Of a DNA stretch of 64,000 bases, positions 56,061-64,000 are shown piece by piece. Made by a program: the position numbers and the translations under genes. Source of the stretch: Candidatus Acetothermia bacterium. GTDB taxonomy: Bacteria; Bipolaricaulota; Bipolaricaulia; Bipolaricaulales; Bipolaricaulaceae. The stretch is taken from the NCBI GenBank assembly GCA_024653305.1, contig JANLFW010000001.1:29780-93779 (forward strand). The letters are read 5' to 3'. The notes under the pieces are model-generated. The model was not told the DNA's origin. It searched no databases and saw only the letters and a program-made list of their open reading frames with translations. Numbering within the stretch: position 1 is the stretch's first letter; each line of letters starts with the position of its first letter.

Positions 56061-57116
56061 ATGTCCATCGAGGCCTGGATCCGCAGCCACGTCGAGCTCG
56101 AGCCCACGAGCTCGGCCGAGCTCCGCTACCAACGGATGGTGTGGCAGGTGGCGGAGCCCCTGCCCGGGGTGCACCGCCCGGCCGATCCGGCGCGGCCGTT
56201 CGACTGGGTGGATGCGGCACAGATCGGCGCGTTCCTCGCCGCCCTCGCTGGCGCCCGGCGCGTCCTCGACCTGGGCACCGGCGATGGCTGGCCGGGGCTC
56301 CCGCTCGCCCGGCACCTCCCGCAGGTGGTGGCGGTGGACCCGGCGCCCCGCCGGGCCGCCCTCGCCCAGGAGAACGCGCGGCGCCTGGGGCTCCCGAATG
56401 TGGAGGTACATACGGCCCCAGCGGAGCATCTGCCCTTCCCCGACGGAAGCTTCGACGGGGTGGCTTCCGCCACGGCCATCGAGCAGTGCGGGGATCCGCG
56501 CGCCGCCCTCCGGGAGGCCTATCGGGTCCTGCGCCCTGGGGGGCGGCTGGCGGCCACGTTCGAGGACCTGCGGGCCGAGCTGGGGGCCCCGGTGGAGGAG
56601 GAGGCTGAGCTATACCTTGAGGACGAGGTCGGAGTGTACCGGCTCGTCCACCGGTCCCTGTCCCCGCTCAGGGAAGCCGAGTACGAGCTGCGCTTTCGGG
56701 CGAGCACCGCAGTGCGCCGGACGGCGGAGGCCCTGGGCCCGGTGCCCACGTTCCGCGCCGCCCCGGACGAACCCGGCCTGCGCCGGGTGACCCCGGACGA
56801 CCCGGGGCTGGGGATCCCGTTCCTGGAAACCGCGCTCGGGGATCTCCTGTCCGGGCGGTACTTCGAGCTCGCCCACCGCACGCCGGAGGAAACCATCGCG
56901 CTCGTGGAGGAAGCCGGGTTCGTGCACGTGCAGGCGTTTGGGAACATCGCCCGGCCAGCGAGGGCCTTCTTCTTGGCGTTGGCCGACGCCGGGCTCCTGC
57001 CGGTCCTGGCCGCGCACATGGACGGGATCGCCCTCGCCTTCGGCCGGCTGTACCCGCACGTGCCCGTGGGCGGCACCAGCGTGTTCTTCCTCGTGGCGAC
57101 GAAGCCGCGGGGCTAA
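56061..57116 (+). CDS. Class I SAM-dependent methyltransferase
   Basis: Start at MSIEAWIRSH (ATG 56061). VLDLGTGDGWPGL motif I. PFPDGSFDGV and LRPGGRL. It has a long C-terminal extension. Confidence 0.8.
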   Translation: MSIEAWIRSHVELEPTSSAELRYQRMVWQVAEPLPGVHRPADPARPFDWVDAAQIGAFLAALAGARRVLDLGTGDGWPGLPLARHLPQVVAVDPAPRRAALAQENARRLGLPNVEVHTAPAEHLPFPDGSFDGVASATAIEQCGDPRAALREAYRVLRPGGRLAATFEDLRAELGAPVEEEAELYLEDEVGVYRLVHRSLSPLREAEYELRFRASTAVRRTAEALGPVPTFRAAPDEPGLRRVTPDDPGLGIPFLETALGDLLSGRYFELAHRTPEETIALVEEAGFVHVQAFGNIARPARAFFLALADAGLLPVLAAHMDGIALAFGRLYPHVPVGGTSVFFLVATKPRG

Positions 57117-57125
57117 AGAGGGATC

Positions 57126-57896
57126 TTGTCGCGGACGCGCATCTTGGCATCGTCGCTCGCGTTCCACCCTGAGCTGCCGGACCGGACGCTGGCCCAGGCG
57201 GCAGAAGCGGGGTTCGACGGGGTGGAGTTCCTGTGCGAGCCGCCTTGGCATCCCGCGGGCTGGCGGGCAGGCCTCGTCCGGGCGGTGCGGGCCGCGGCCC
57301 GCGGCCTCGCCCTGTCCGTACACGCCCCGGTGGCGGACGTGAACTTGATGTCCCCCCACCCACGGGTGCGGGCCCTGGCCGAGGAGGAGGTGGCGGCGAC
57401 GCTGGCCCTGGCCGCCGCGCTCGGCGCGGGGTCGGTCACGTTCCACTTGGGGTACCGACCGGCGATGGGCACCGCCCACGATCCTCCGTGGCCGGAGGCC
57501 CTGGCCGCCGCCGAACGGCTGCGGGACCACGCCCACGCCCTCGGGGTCGACCTGTGCCTGGAGAACGATCCCAAGCTCCCTGGGGCTTACCTCTGGGACC
57601 TTGCCCGGTTCCGGGAGGTGCTTGAGGACCTAGGCCTGTGGGGGACCCTGGACCTCGGCCACGCTTGGCTCGCCCATGGCGCGGCGGCCTTGGACCATCT
57701 TCCTTCCTTGCTCCCGGCGTTGCGCGTGGTCCACCTCCACGACAACCGCGGCACGGGCGACGAGCACCTCGCGCTCGGGGAAGGCACCGTGGACCTAACC
57801 CGGGCATGGGCGGTCCTATCGCGCGTCCCGGTCGCGGTGATCGAGGTCAAGGACCTGGACGGCCTCCGCCGCAGCCGGGAACGCCTCCCCCGCTGA
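57126..57896 (+). CDS. Xylose-isomerase-like TIM-barrel protein (sugar phosphate isomerase/epimerase family)
   Basis: 256 aa. GFDGVEF, VTFHLG, LCLEN and VHLHDN segments typical of the AP-endonuclease-2/TIM-barrel family. Confidence 0.75.
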   Translation: MSRTRILASSLAFHPELPDRTLAQAAEAGFDGVEFLCEPPWHPAGWRAGLVRAVRAAARGLALSVHAPVADVNLMSPHPRVRALAEEEVAATLALAAALGAGSVTFHLGYRPAMGTAHDPPWPEALAAAERLRDHAHALGVDLCLENDPKLPGAYLWDLARFREVLEDLGLWGTLDLGHAWLAHGAAALDHLPSLLPALRVVHLHDNRGTGDEHLALGEGTVDLTRAWAVLSRVPVAVIEVKDLDGLRRSRERLPR

Positions 57897-57905
57897 CCGG
57901 CAGGC

Positions 57906-57933
57906 TTGCCCCAACGTTGGTTCTCTATAGAAT
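57906..57933 (+). promoter_or_regulatory. Candidate promoter of the AbrB-PhoU gene
   Basis: TTGCCC (57906-57911), 16-nt spacer, TAGAAT (57928-57933). It is embedded in an AT-rich patch that contains the palindrome TCTATAGA. Confidence 0.4.
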
Positions 57934-57981
57934 GTCCCTATTGGATTGAGATAACCGAAAGCCTATATACGGGAGGAAGGC

Positions 57982-59010
57982 ATGGTCTACCGACGGAAGG
58001 TGCAGGTGACGGGCGGGGGGACGTTCCTCGTGACCTTGCCCAAGGAGTGGGCGGATGCGATGGGCATTGCCCAGGGCAGCACCGTGCTCCTCGTCCCCAA
58101 CGATTCCGGGGCACTGCTCCTCGTCCCCGCCGGGACGCGGGAGAAGAATCGGTGCGCGATCCCCATGAACGGGCGCGAACCCGTCCACCTCCAGCGGGAC
58201 ATCATCGCCCGCTACATCGCCGGCTACGACGTGATCGAGGTGATCGGCGATCGGATCCGGCCCGAAGAGCGGCGGATGGTGCGGGAGATCGCCCAGTCCC
58301 TGGTGGGCCTGGAGGTGCTCGGGGAGACCCAAGGGGCGGTGGTCCTGCACTCGGTGGTCAACGTGCGGGACTTCCCGGTGGACCAGACGATCCGCCGCAT
58401 CTTCGCGATCACCCTGGCGATGTGGGACGACGCGGTGGCCGCGTGCACGGCCCGGGATGAGGAGCTGGCCCGGGACGTGGCCGAACGGGACGGGGACGTG
58501 GATCGGCTGGTGCTCCTCGTGGCCCGCCAGTTCGGGCTCCTCCTGCGGGACCTCCTCGTGGAGGAGGAGCTGAAGTTGTCGCGGTTTCAGTTCCATCACT
58601 ACCAGGCGGTGGCCGACCAGCTGGAGCGGGTGGCCGACCACGCGGTGAAGGTGTCCCGGGCCGCCCTAAGCCTGGCCGCGGAGCTCCTCCCGGCGGTCGG
58701 GGATCGGGTGCGGCAAGCGGCCGCGGCGTCGCGGGAGATCCTGACCGGGGCGGTGCGGGCGTTCGAGGGCCGGGACGTGCCCCTCGCCAACCGGGTGCTC
58801 GCCGAGAAGGAGCGCAAGGACACGCTCGCCGGTTGGGCCCAGGCTGCGATCCGGGAGCAGCCGGAGAACGCCCACCCGATCAGCATCGTCATGGACAGCC
58901 TCCTCCGCAGCCGCGAGTACGGGTTCAACATCGCCGAGATCGCCGTGGACGCCGCCGTCCCGTTGGGCCACGCGATCGGGGAACAGGAAACCCCGCGGTC
59001 GCGGGCCTGA
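57982..59010 (+). CDS. AbrB/SpoVT-type DNA-binding domain fused to a PhoU domain
   Basis: N-terminal RRKVQVTGGGTFLVTLPKEWADAMGIAQGSTVLLV (swapped-hairpin AbrB-like). The C-terminal ~200 aa are helical PhoU-like repeats (ERDGDVDRL..., [12 protein letters not shown]..., EYGFNIAEIAV). Confidence 0.75.
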   Translation: MVYRRKVQVTGGGTFLVTLPKEWADAMGIAQGSTVLLVPNDSGALLLVPAGTREKNRCAIPMNGREPVHLQRDIIARYIAGYDVIEVIGDRIRPEERRMVREIAQSLVGLEVLGETQGAVVLHSVVNVRDFPVDQTIRRIFAITLAMWDDAVAACTARDEELARDVAERDGDVDRLVLLVARQFGLLLRDLLVEEELKLSRFQFHHYQAVADQLERVADHAVKVSRAALSLAAELLPAVGDRVRQAAAASREILTGAVRAFEGRDVPLANRVLAEKERKDTLAGWAQAAIREQPENAHPISIVMDSLLRSREYGFNIAEIAVDAAVPLGHAIGEQETPRSRA

Positions 59011-59045
59011 CTCCAGCCACGAACGGGCCTTCAGTGGAAACCCGT

Positions 59046-59732
59046 TCAAATGTGGTTGGAGCGGGCCTCGATCATGTACACGGTGCGGGCCGCAATGTTC
59101 ACCGCGTGATCGGCCACCCTCTCCAGATCCCGGATCGCCAACAGGAGCCCGATGGCGCTGGTGGCAAGCCCCTCGGGGAACGCGTCACAGGTCCGCGAGG
59201 TCCGCATCAGGTGCTCGATCAGGTGGTGGGTGAGCTGCCAGAACAGCCGGTCCGCCCGGTCGTCCGCGTGGACCACCGCCTCGGCCCGGGCCGCGTCGCG
59301 GTCCCGGTACGCGGCCAGGCTATCGCGGAGCATGGCCAGGGCTTGCTCCCCAAGTTGGAAGAACAGGTCGCGGTCGGGAAGGAACTGAAGGTTCAGGTGG
59401 AGGTCGCACGCGTATTGGCCCAGGTTGAGGGCGAGGTCGGCGATCCGCTCGATGTCCGTGGAGATCTTGAACGAGGCCGTGATCAGCCGCAGGTCCCCGG
59501 CCACCGGCTGCTGCAGGGCCAGGAGATCCACACAGCGGCGCTCGATGTCCAGGTACTGGGCGTCCACCTCGTCATCCCCGGCCACCAGGGCCTGGACCAC
59601 CTCCGGATCGGGGTTCCGCAAGAGCGAAAGGCCGGTCTTGAGCCGCTCCGCCACCAGCTCCCCCATCGCCACCGTGGCCTGCCGGAGCTCCGCAAGCTCT
59701 CTTTGGTACTGCTCGCGCACCATCGCCCTCAC
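59046..59732 (-). CDS. phoU: Phosphate signalling complex protein PhoU
   Basis: 228 aa. [30 protein letters not shown] and [13 protein letters not shown] are canonical PhoU repeats. Last gene of the pst operon. Confidence 0.92.
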   Translation of the reverse strand: MRAMVREQYQRELAELRQATVAMGELVAERLKTGLSLLRNPDPEVVQALVAGDDEVDAQYLDIERRCVDLLALQQPVAGDLRLITASFKISTDIERIADLALNLGQYACDLHLNLQFLPDRDLFFQLGEQALAMLRDSLAAYRDRDAARAEAVVHADDRADRLFWQLTHHLIEHLMRTSRTCDAFPEGLATSAIGLLLAIRDLERVADHAVNIAARTVYMIEARSNHI

Positions 59733-60535
59733 CCGAACTTGCCCGTCACGTAGTCCTCAACCAGCTTGTTCGTCGGGTTCTCGAAGATCTTCTTGGTGAC
59801 ATCGTACTCCACCATCACCCCACCGGTGAGGAACACCGCCGCCAGGTCGCTCGTCCGCGCCGCCTGCTGCATGTTGTGGGTGACGATGACCACCGTGTAG
59901 TCCGCCTTGAGCTGAGCGATCAGGTCCTCGATCCTGGCGGTGGCGGTGGGGTCCAAGGCGCTGGTCGGCTCATCCATGAGGAGGACCTCCGGCTCCATGG
60001 CCAGGGCCCGGGCGATGCAGAGCCTCTGCTGCTGGCCCCCGGAGAGGTCGAACGCGCTTCGCCTGAGTTTCCCCTTGACCTCGTCCCAGAGGGCAGCCCG
60101 GCGCAGCGCCCGCTCCACGATCTCGTCGAGCTGCGCCCGCCGGCGCACCCCGTGGATCCGGGGGCCGTAGGCCACGTTCTCGTACACCGACTTCGGGAAC
60201 GGGTTTGGCTTCTGGAACACCATCCCGATTCGGCGCCGCAGCTCGACCACGTCCACCTTGGGGTCGAGGATGTTCACCCCTGAAAACCACACCTCCCCTT
60301 GGGCCCGCGCCCCGGGGACGAGCTCGTACAGGCGGTTCAGGACCCGGAGGAACGTGGACTTCCCGCACCCCGACGGCCCCACCACCGCCGTGACCCGGCG
60401 GCGGGGGATGTCCAAGGTCACGTCCCGCAGGACCTGCTCTCGGCCGTAGTAGAACGAGAGGTTCCGCACCCCAAACGCCACGTCCTGCACCTGCGCCAGC
60501 GTGCGCTCCACGCGGGCTGCGTTCACGGTCACCAT
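59729..60535 (-). CDS. pstB: Phosphate ABC transporter ATP-binding protein
   Basis: Start at [10 protein letters not shown] (ATG 60535-60533). [38 protein letters not shown]. Confidence 0.95.
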   Translation of the reverse strand: MVTVNAARVERTLAQVQDVAFGVRNLSFYYGREQVLRDVTLDIPRRRVTAVVGPSGCGKSTFLRVLNRLYELVPGARAQGEVWFSGVNILDPKVDVVELRRRIGMVFQKPNPFPKSVYENVAYGPRIHGVRRRAQLDEIVERALRRAALWDEVKGKLRRSAFDLSGGQQQRLCIARALAMEPEVLLMDEPTSALDPTATARIEDLIAQLKADYTVVIVTHNMQQAARTSDLAAVFLTGGVMVEYDVTKKIFENPTNKLVEDYVTGKFG

Positions 60536-61380
60536 CGCTTCCCCTTTCGGATCCGGGCCCGCCACACCGCGGCCCACAGGTACAGGGCCAGCACAAGCCC
60601 CACGAGAACGAGGGCGGTGCCGTACTGGAGGTGGCGGGTCCGCCAGAACGCCGTGCTCTCGGTGGCCATCACGTACAGGTGGTAGGGAAGGGCCATCACT
60701 TCGTCCAAGGGGCTCCGGGGGAGGCGCGGCGTGTAGAACGCGGCGGCGGTGAACATGATCGGGGCCGTCTCCCCTGCCGCTCGCCCCACGGCGAGGATGG
60801 CGCCGGTGAGGATCCCGGGGATGGCCGCCGGGATCACCACCGTGCGCACCACCTGCCATCGCCTGGCTCCCAGGGCATACGCCCCTTCCCGGAACTCCCA
60901 CGGCACGGCGCGCAGGGCCTCCTCCGAGGCCCGGATGATGAGCGGTAACACAAGAAGCGCCAGCGTCAGCGACCCGGACAGGATGCACACGCCAAGGCCC
61001 AGGGCCTTGACGAAGAACGCCAGGCCGAACAGGCCGAACACGATGGACGGCACCGCGGCCAGGTTGCTAATCCCGATGCGCACGATCCGGGTCCAAGTGC
61101 GGTCTTGGGCGTACTCCGCCAGGTAGATCGCCGCCCCCACCCCGAGCGGGAGCGCCACGATCACCGTGCCCAGCACCAGGTAGAACGTGCCCACCAGGGC
61201 CGGGCAGATCCCGCCTTCGGTCATCCCCCGCCGGGGGAACGCGGTGAGGAACTCCCAGGACAGGGCCGACGCCCCCCGGGCGGCGATGAACGCGAGGACC
61301 GCCCCCAGCGCCACCAGCACCCCGAGGGCGGCCAATCCCAGGAGCGAAAACGCGAGCCGCTGGCTCACCTTCCGGCTCAT
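60529..61380 (-). CDS. pstA: Phosphate ABC transporter permease PstA
   Basis: Start at [11 protein letters not shown] (ATG 61380-61378). Polytopic, with the EAA-like loop [19 protein letters not shown]. Confidence 0.9.
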   Translation of the reverse strand: MSRKVSQRLAFSLLGLAALGVLVALGAVLAFIAARGASALSWEFLTAFPRRGMTEGGICPALVGTFYLVLGTVIVALPLGVGAAIYLAEYAQDRTWTRIVRIGISNLAAVPSIVFGLFGLAFFVKALGLGVCILSGSLTLALLVLPLIIRASEEALRAVPWEFREGAYALGARRWQVVRTVVIPAAIPGILTGAILAVGRAAGETAPIMFTAAAFYTPRLPRSPLDEVMALPYHLYVMATESTAFWRTRHLQYGTALVLVGLVLALYLWAAVWRARIRKGKRW

Positions 61381-62303
61381 CCGTGCCTCCCGATGCGACG
61401 GCCCACCATGTCCCCTACCACGTTGAGGAGAAGCGTGAACAGGAACAGCACCGCGCCCACGGCGAACAGGGCGTGGTAGTGAGGGTTCCCCACCGGGGTC
61501 TCCGCCATCTCCAGGGCGATGGTCGCGGTGAGGGTCCGGGTGGGCGAGGTGAGCGAAGGCGGGAATCGGGGGGAGTTGCCGGATACCATGAGCACGGTCA
61601 TCGTCTCTCCCACCGCCCGCCCCATCCCCAGGAGCACGCCGGCCAAGAGCCCGGATCGCGCCGCCGGGACGACCACGGTGCGCATCGTCTGCCAGTGGGT
61701 GGCCCCGAGGGCGAACGCCGCCTCCCGCCACGCGTTCGGCACCGCGGCCACCGCGTCCTCGGTGAGGCTGGCCACGGTGGGCAAGGCCATCACCCCCAAG
61801 AGGAGCGCCGCGGTGAGGGCGGTCTGCCCGGTGGGGAGAGCGAAAGCGGCCTGGAGCCACGGCACCACGATCACCAACCCGAAGAACCCGTACACCACGG
61901 ACGGGATGCCGGCCAGGAGCTCCACCGCCACCTTGAGGGGGTTGCGCCACGCCGGAGGGACGACCGCGCCGATGAACAGGGCGGTGGCCACCCCGAACGG
62001 CACCGCCACCACGAGGGCCACCATCGTGACCAGGCCCGACCCCAGGATCATGGGCAGGATCCCCAGGGAGGGGGGGTCGCTCGTGGGAAACCACGCCTTT
62101 CCCCCGAGGAACGCGATGGGACCGACGGTGCGGAACACGGGGACCCCCTCGCGGAAGAGGTAGACGGTGATCAGCCCTAACGCGAGGAGGGAGACGCTCG
62201 CACACCCCCACGTGATCCCGCGCGCGATCCACTCCCTGGCCCGTCCCCAGCTCCGCCCCGCCCAAGGGGCGACGGCCGGCGTTCGACGATGGTTTCCCGT
62301 CAT
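61377..62303 (-). CDS. pstC: Phosphate ABC transporter permease PstC
   Basis: 308 aa, polytopic, loop EDAVAAVPNAWREAAFALGA. ATGA overlap with pstA. Confidence 0.9.
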   Translation of the reverse strand: MTGNHRRTPAVAPWAGRSWGRAREWIARGITWGCASVSLLALGLITVYLFREGVPVFRTVGPIAFLGGKAWFPTSDPPSLGILPMILGSGLVTMVALVVAVPFGVATALFIGAVVPPAWRNPLKVAVELLAGIPSVVYGFFGLVIVVPWLQAAFALPTGQTALTAALLLGVMALPTVASLTEDAVAAVPNAWREAAFALGATHWQTMRTVVVPAARSGLLAGVLLGMGRAVGETMTVLMVSGNSPRFPPSLTSPTRTLTATIALEMAETPVGNPHYHALFAVGAVLFLFTLLLNVVGDMVGRRIGRHG

Positions 62304-62357
62304 GGTCGTGCTTTCGGCCGATGTTATGAGGTCAACCGGGCGTGCGCCGGCGGCCGA

Positions 62358-63206
62358 TCAACCACAGATCTTGCGGATGGGGACGAAACCCGCCTCCTCC
62401 ACGGTGCGCTGCCCCCGGTCGGAGAGCACGAACATGATGAACTCGAGGATGAGCCCCGTGGGGAACCCGTTCGTGATCATGAACAGGGGGCGGGCGATGG
62501 GGTAGATCCCGGCGACCACGGCATCGGGGGTGGGCTCGAGGAACGGCCCCCCTGCATCACGGGCCACCGGGAGGGCCTTCAGGGTTGGGTTGAGGTACCC
62601 CAGGCCGACGTAGCCGATGGCACCTGGGGTCCGCCCCACCGTCTCCGCCACGGCAGCGTTGGACGGCTGGAACAAGGCGACAGGGGCGGTCACCTCTTTG
62701 TTCTCGAGGACGAGCTCCTTGAACGACTCGAACGTGCCCGACGCGGTGTCGCGGGACACGACGACGATGGGCTGGTCACGGCTGCCGAGGTCCTTCCAGT
62801 TGCGGATCTCGCCCGTGTAGATGGCCCGGAGCTGGGCGAACGTGATGCGGGAGACGGGGTTGGTGGGGTGGACGACCACCGCGAGAGCGTCGTTGGCCAC
62901 GAGCCAGTGGTAGGGGTAGACCTCGTTCGCCACGGCCTTCTCCCACTCTGAGGGCTTCATCGCCCGGGAGGAGGTGGCGATGTGGGTGGTCCCGTCGATG
63001 AGGGCGGCGATGCCCGTGCCCGACCCCCCGCCCTGGACGGAGATGACCGCCGTGGGGTGGATGGCGGCGAACTCCTCGGCGATGAGCTGGGCGATGGGAA
63101 GAACGGTGGTGGAGCCCTTGATCACCAGCGACTGGGCAGCGCCGGCCAGGCCGAGCGCGGCCACGACGAGCAGCGCCCCGACTGCCAACTTCACTCCGGT
63201 ACGCAC
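62358..63206 (-). CDS. pstS: Phosphate ABC transporter substrate-binding protein
   Basis: GSTTVLP and QGGGSGTG motifs. GTG 63206-63204 lies 5 nt after AAGGAGG. The track ORF starts upstream at 63257 in the same frame. Confidence 0.88.
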   Translation of the reverse strand: MRTGVKLAVGALLVVAALGLAGAAQSLVIKGSTTVLPIAQLIAEEFAAIHPTAVISVQGGGSGTGIAALIDGTTHIATSSRAMKPSEWEKAVANEVYPYHWLVANDALAVVVHPTNPVSRITFAQLRAIYTGEIRNWKDLGSRDQPIVVVSRDTASGTFESFKELVLENKEVTAPVALFQPSNAAVAETVGRTPGAIGYVGLGYLNPTLKALPVARDAGGPFLEPTPDAVVAGIYPIARPLFMITNGFPTGLILEFIMFVLSDRGQRTVEEAGFVPIRKICG

Positions 63207-63241
63207 GTGTTCCTCCTTGTGGGCCACTTGCATGGCCATTC

Positions 63242-63288
63242 TATATACTTTTGTCAATTAGTATATATTCCATGGCGAGACATGTCAA
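63242..63288 (-). promoter_or_regulatory. pstS promoter with an overlapping AT-rich palindromic operator candidate
   Basis: The minus strand reads TTGACA (63288-63283), 17-nt spacer, TATACT (63265-63260). A perfect 8-bp inverted repeat TATATACT-N10-AGTATATA (63242-63267) covers the -10 and the predicted start site. Confidence 0.55.
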
Positions 63289-63422
63289 GCCCGGGCCGGA
63301 GGCCAACGGGGATAAACGGGATCCATACGGGATCAAATGCCCTTCATCCTCGGCCGCATCCCCTCGGGGTGTTGCCGCGGCTGGCCAACGTTTATACTTG
63401 CCGGCGCCAGGAGGTGGGTCTT

Positions 63423-64000
63423 GTGGTCAGAAGACTTCTGCCGATGATGGTTCTGTTGACGGTCAGCTTGTGGAACGGGCTTCCGGCCGAGCTCACCGTG
63501 GCCGTGTCCACCGAGCCGCCGGGCCTCGACCCCACCACCAACGCCGCGGCGGTGATCAAGCTCCTCCTCCAGCACAACTTGTACGAGGGCCTGGTCCAGG
63601 TGGACGAGGCCGGGGACTTCCAAGGACAACTGGCGCGGAGCTGGGAGGCGTCCACCGATGGCCTTGTCTACACGTTTTACCTGCGCGAGGATGTCCGGTT
63701 CCACGACGGGACCCCGTGCGATGCGGATGCGGTGCGCCGGAGCTTCCTCCGGGCGATGGACCCGGCCACCCGACACGTCCGCCCCGAGTACTACCGGGGT
63801 ATTGCGGACATCGAGGCAGTGGACCCGTGGACGGTGCGGTTCCGGCTGCACGTCCCGGACGCGTCGTTCGTGGCCCTGCTCGCCCTGGGGGAGTCGGTGG
63901 TGGTCCCGACGGGGGCCGACCTCGCCCGTCGTCCGGTGGGCACCGGACCGTTCCGGTTCGTGGATTGGCTCCCCGGCTACCACCTCCGCCTAGCGCGCAA
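63423..64000 (+). CDS. ABC transporter substrate-binding protein, family 5 (peptide/nickel type), N-terminal part; continues beyond the window
   Basis: GTG 63423 lies 8 nt after AGGAGG (63409-63414). Signal peptide VVRRLLPMMVLLTVSLWNG, then TVAVSTEPPGLDPT...LYEGLV...RFHDGTP...GTGPFRF, typical of SBP_bac_5. There is no stop before 64000, so the ORF is absent from the track. Confidence 0.8.
   Translation, partial: MVRRLLPMMVLLTVSLWNGLPAELTVAVSTEPPGLDPTTNAAAVIKLLLQHNLYEGLVQVDEAGDFQGQLARSWEASTDGLVYTFYLREDVRFHDGTPCDADAVRRSFLRAMDPATRHVRPEYYRGIADIEAVDPWTVRFRLHVPDASFVALLALGESVVVPTGADLARRPVGTGPFRFVDWLPGYHLRLAR

Noticed and set aside
59021-59047. 7-bp stem (GAACGGG...CCCGTTC) between the convergent AbrB-PhoU and phoU genes.
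   Set aside because: It is a short stem with a 13-nt loop. It has no U-tract on either strand and overlaps the phoU stop codon. It is too weak to call.

Overview
High-GC (about two-thirds G+C by eye) bacterial chromosomal segment. It is densely packed with about 70 protein genes and 2 tRNAs. GGAGG-type Shine-Dalgarno sites and 4-nt ATGA start/stop overlaps are common. I cannot place the lineage from sequence alone. Content is overwhelmingly housekeeping. In order: a sugar-uptake operon (SBP, two permeases, MalK-type ATPase, PHP metallohydrolase, isomerase-fold gene, GH38 alpha-mannosidase); tRNA-Ala(GGC); gyrB; sucC plus an S55 (SpoIVB-like) peptidase; murF; MFS plus DUF554; mscL; a decayed Cache/GAF/HD-GYP sensor gene; an ACT protein; metG; rplU, a Prp-like gene, rpmA, obg, nadD; infC-rpmI-rplT; folB-folK; rng; tRNA-Val(CAC); a tandem P-loop kinase-like gene plus a Cys-rich gene; recA-recX-ispF; rseP-tilS; yebC; cobB-pncC; an envelope-type cluster (AlkP/NPP phosphodiesterase, UPF0104 flippase-like protein, secreted protein, MacB-type ABC); prmC with ftsE-like and ftsX-like genes; a TolB-like lipoprotein; ispD; mutS; DUF362; GNAT; a triple-repeat lipoprotein; an alpha/beta hydrolase; a WD40 protein; a methyltransferase; a TIM-barrel isomerase; an AbrB-PhoU fusion convergent with phoU-pstBACS; and the start of a family-5 SBP gene. 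I recognised no rRNA, CRISPR array, transposase, integrase or prophage gene. The track contains many long antisense or alternative-frame ORFs, which are the usual high-GC shadows and are not called. I saw no recognisable defence or mobile system. The most interesting items are:
- a consensus-promoter micro-ORF unit inside an unusually long 700-nt intergenic region;
- an AbrB-PhoU one-component candidate, with an AT-rich palindrome over the pstS promoter;
- a tandem P-loop kinase-like gene plus a Cys-rich gene starting 12 nt after tRNA-Val;
- a catalytically degenerate FtsE;
- a catalytically dead Prp next to an L27 that has no propeptide;
- three gene-decay or frameshift sites.
All family assignments are by eye and from memory of motifs. 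None was confirmed by a search.
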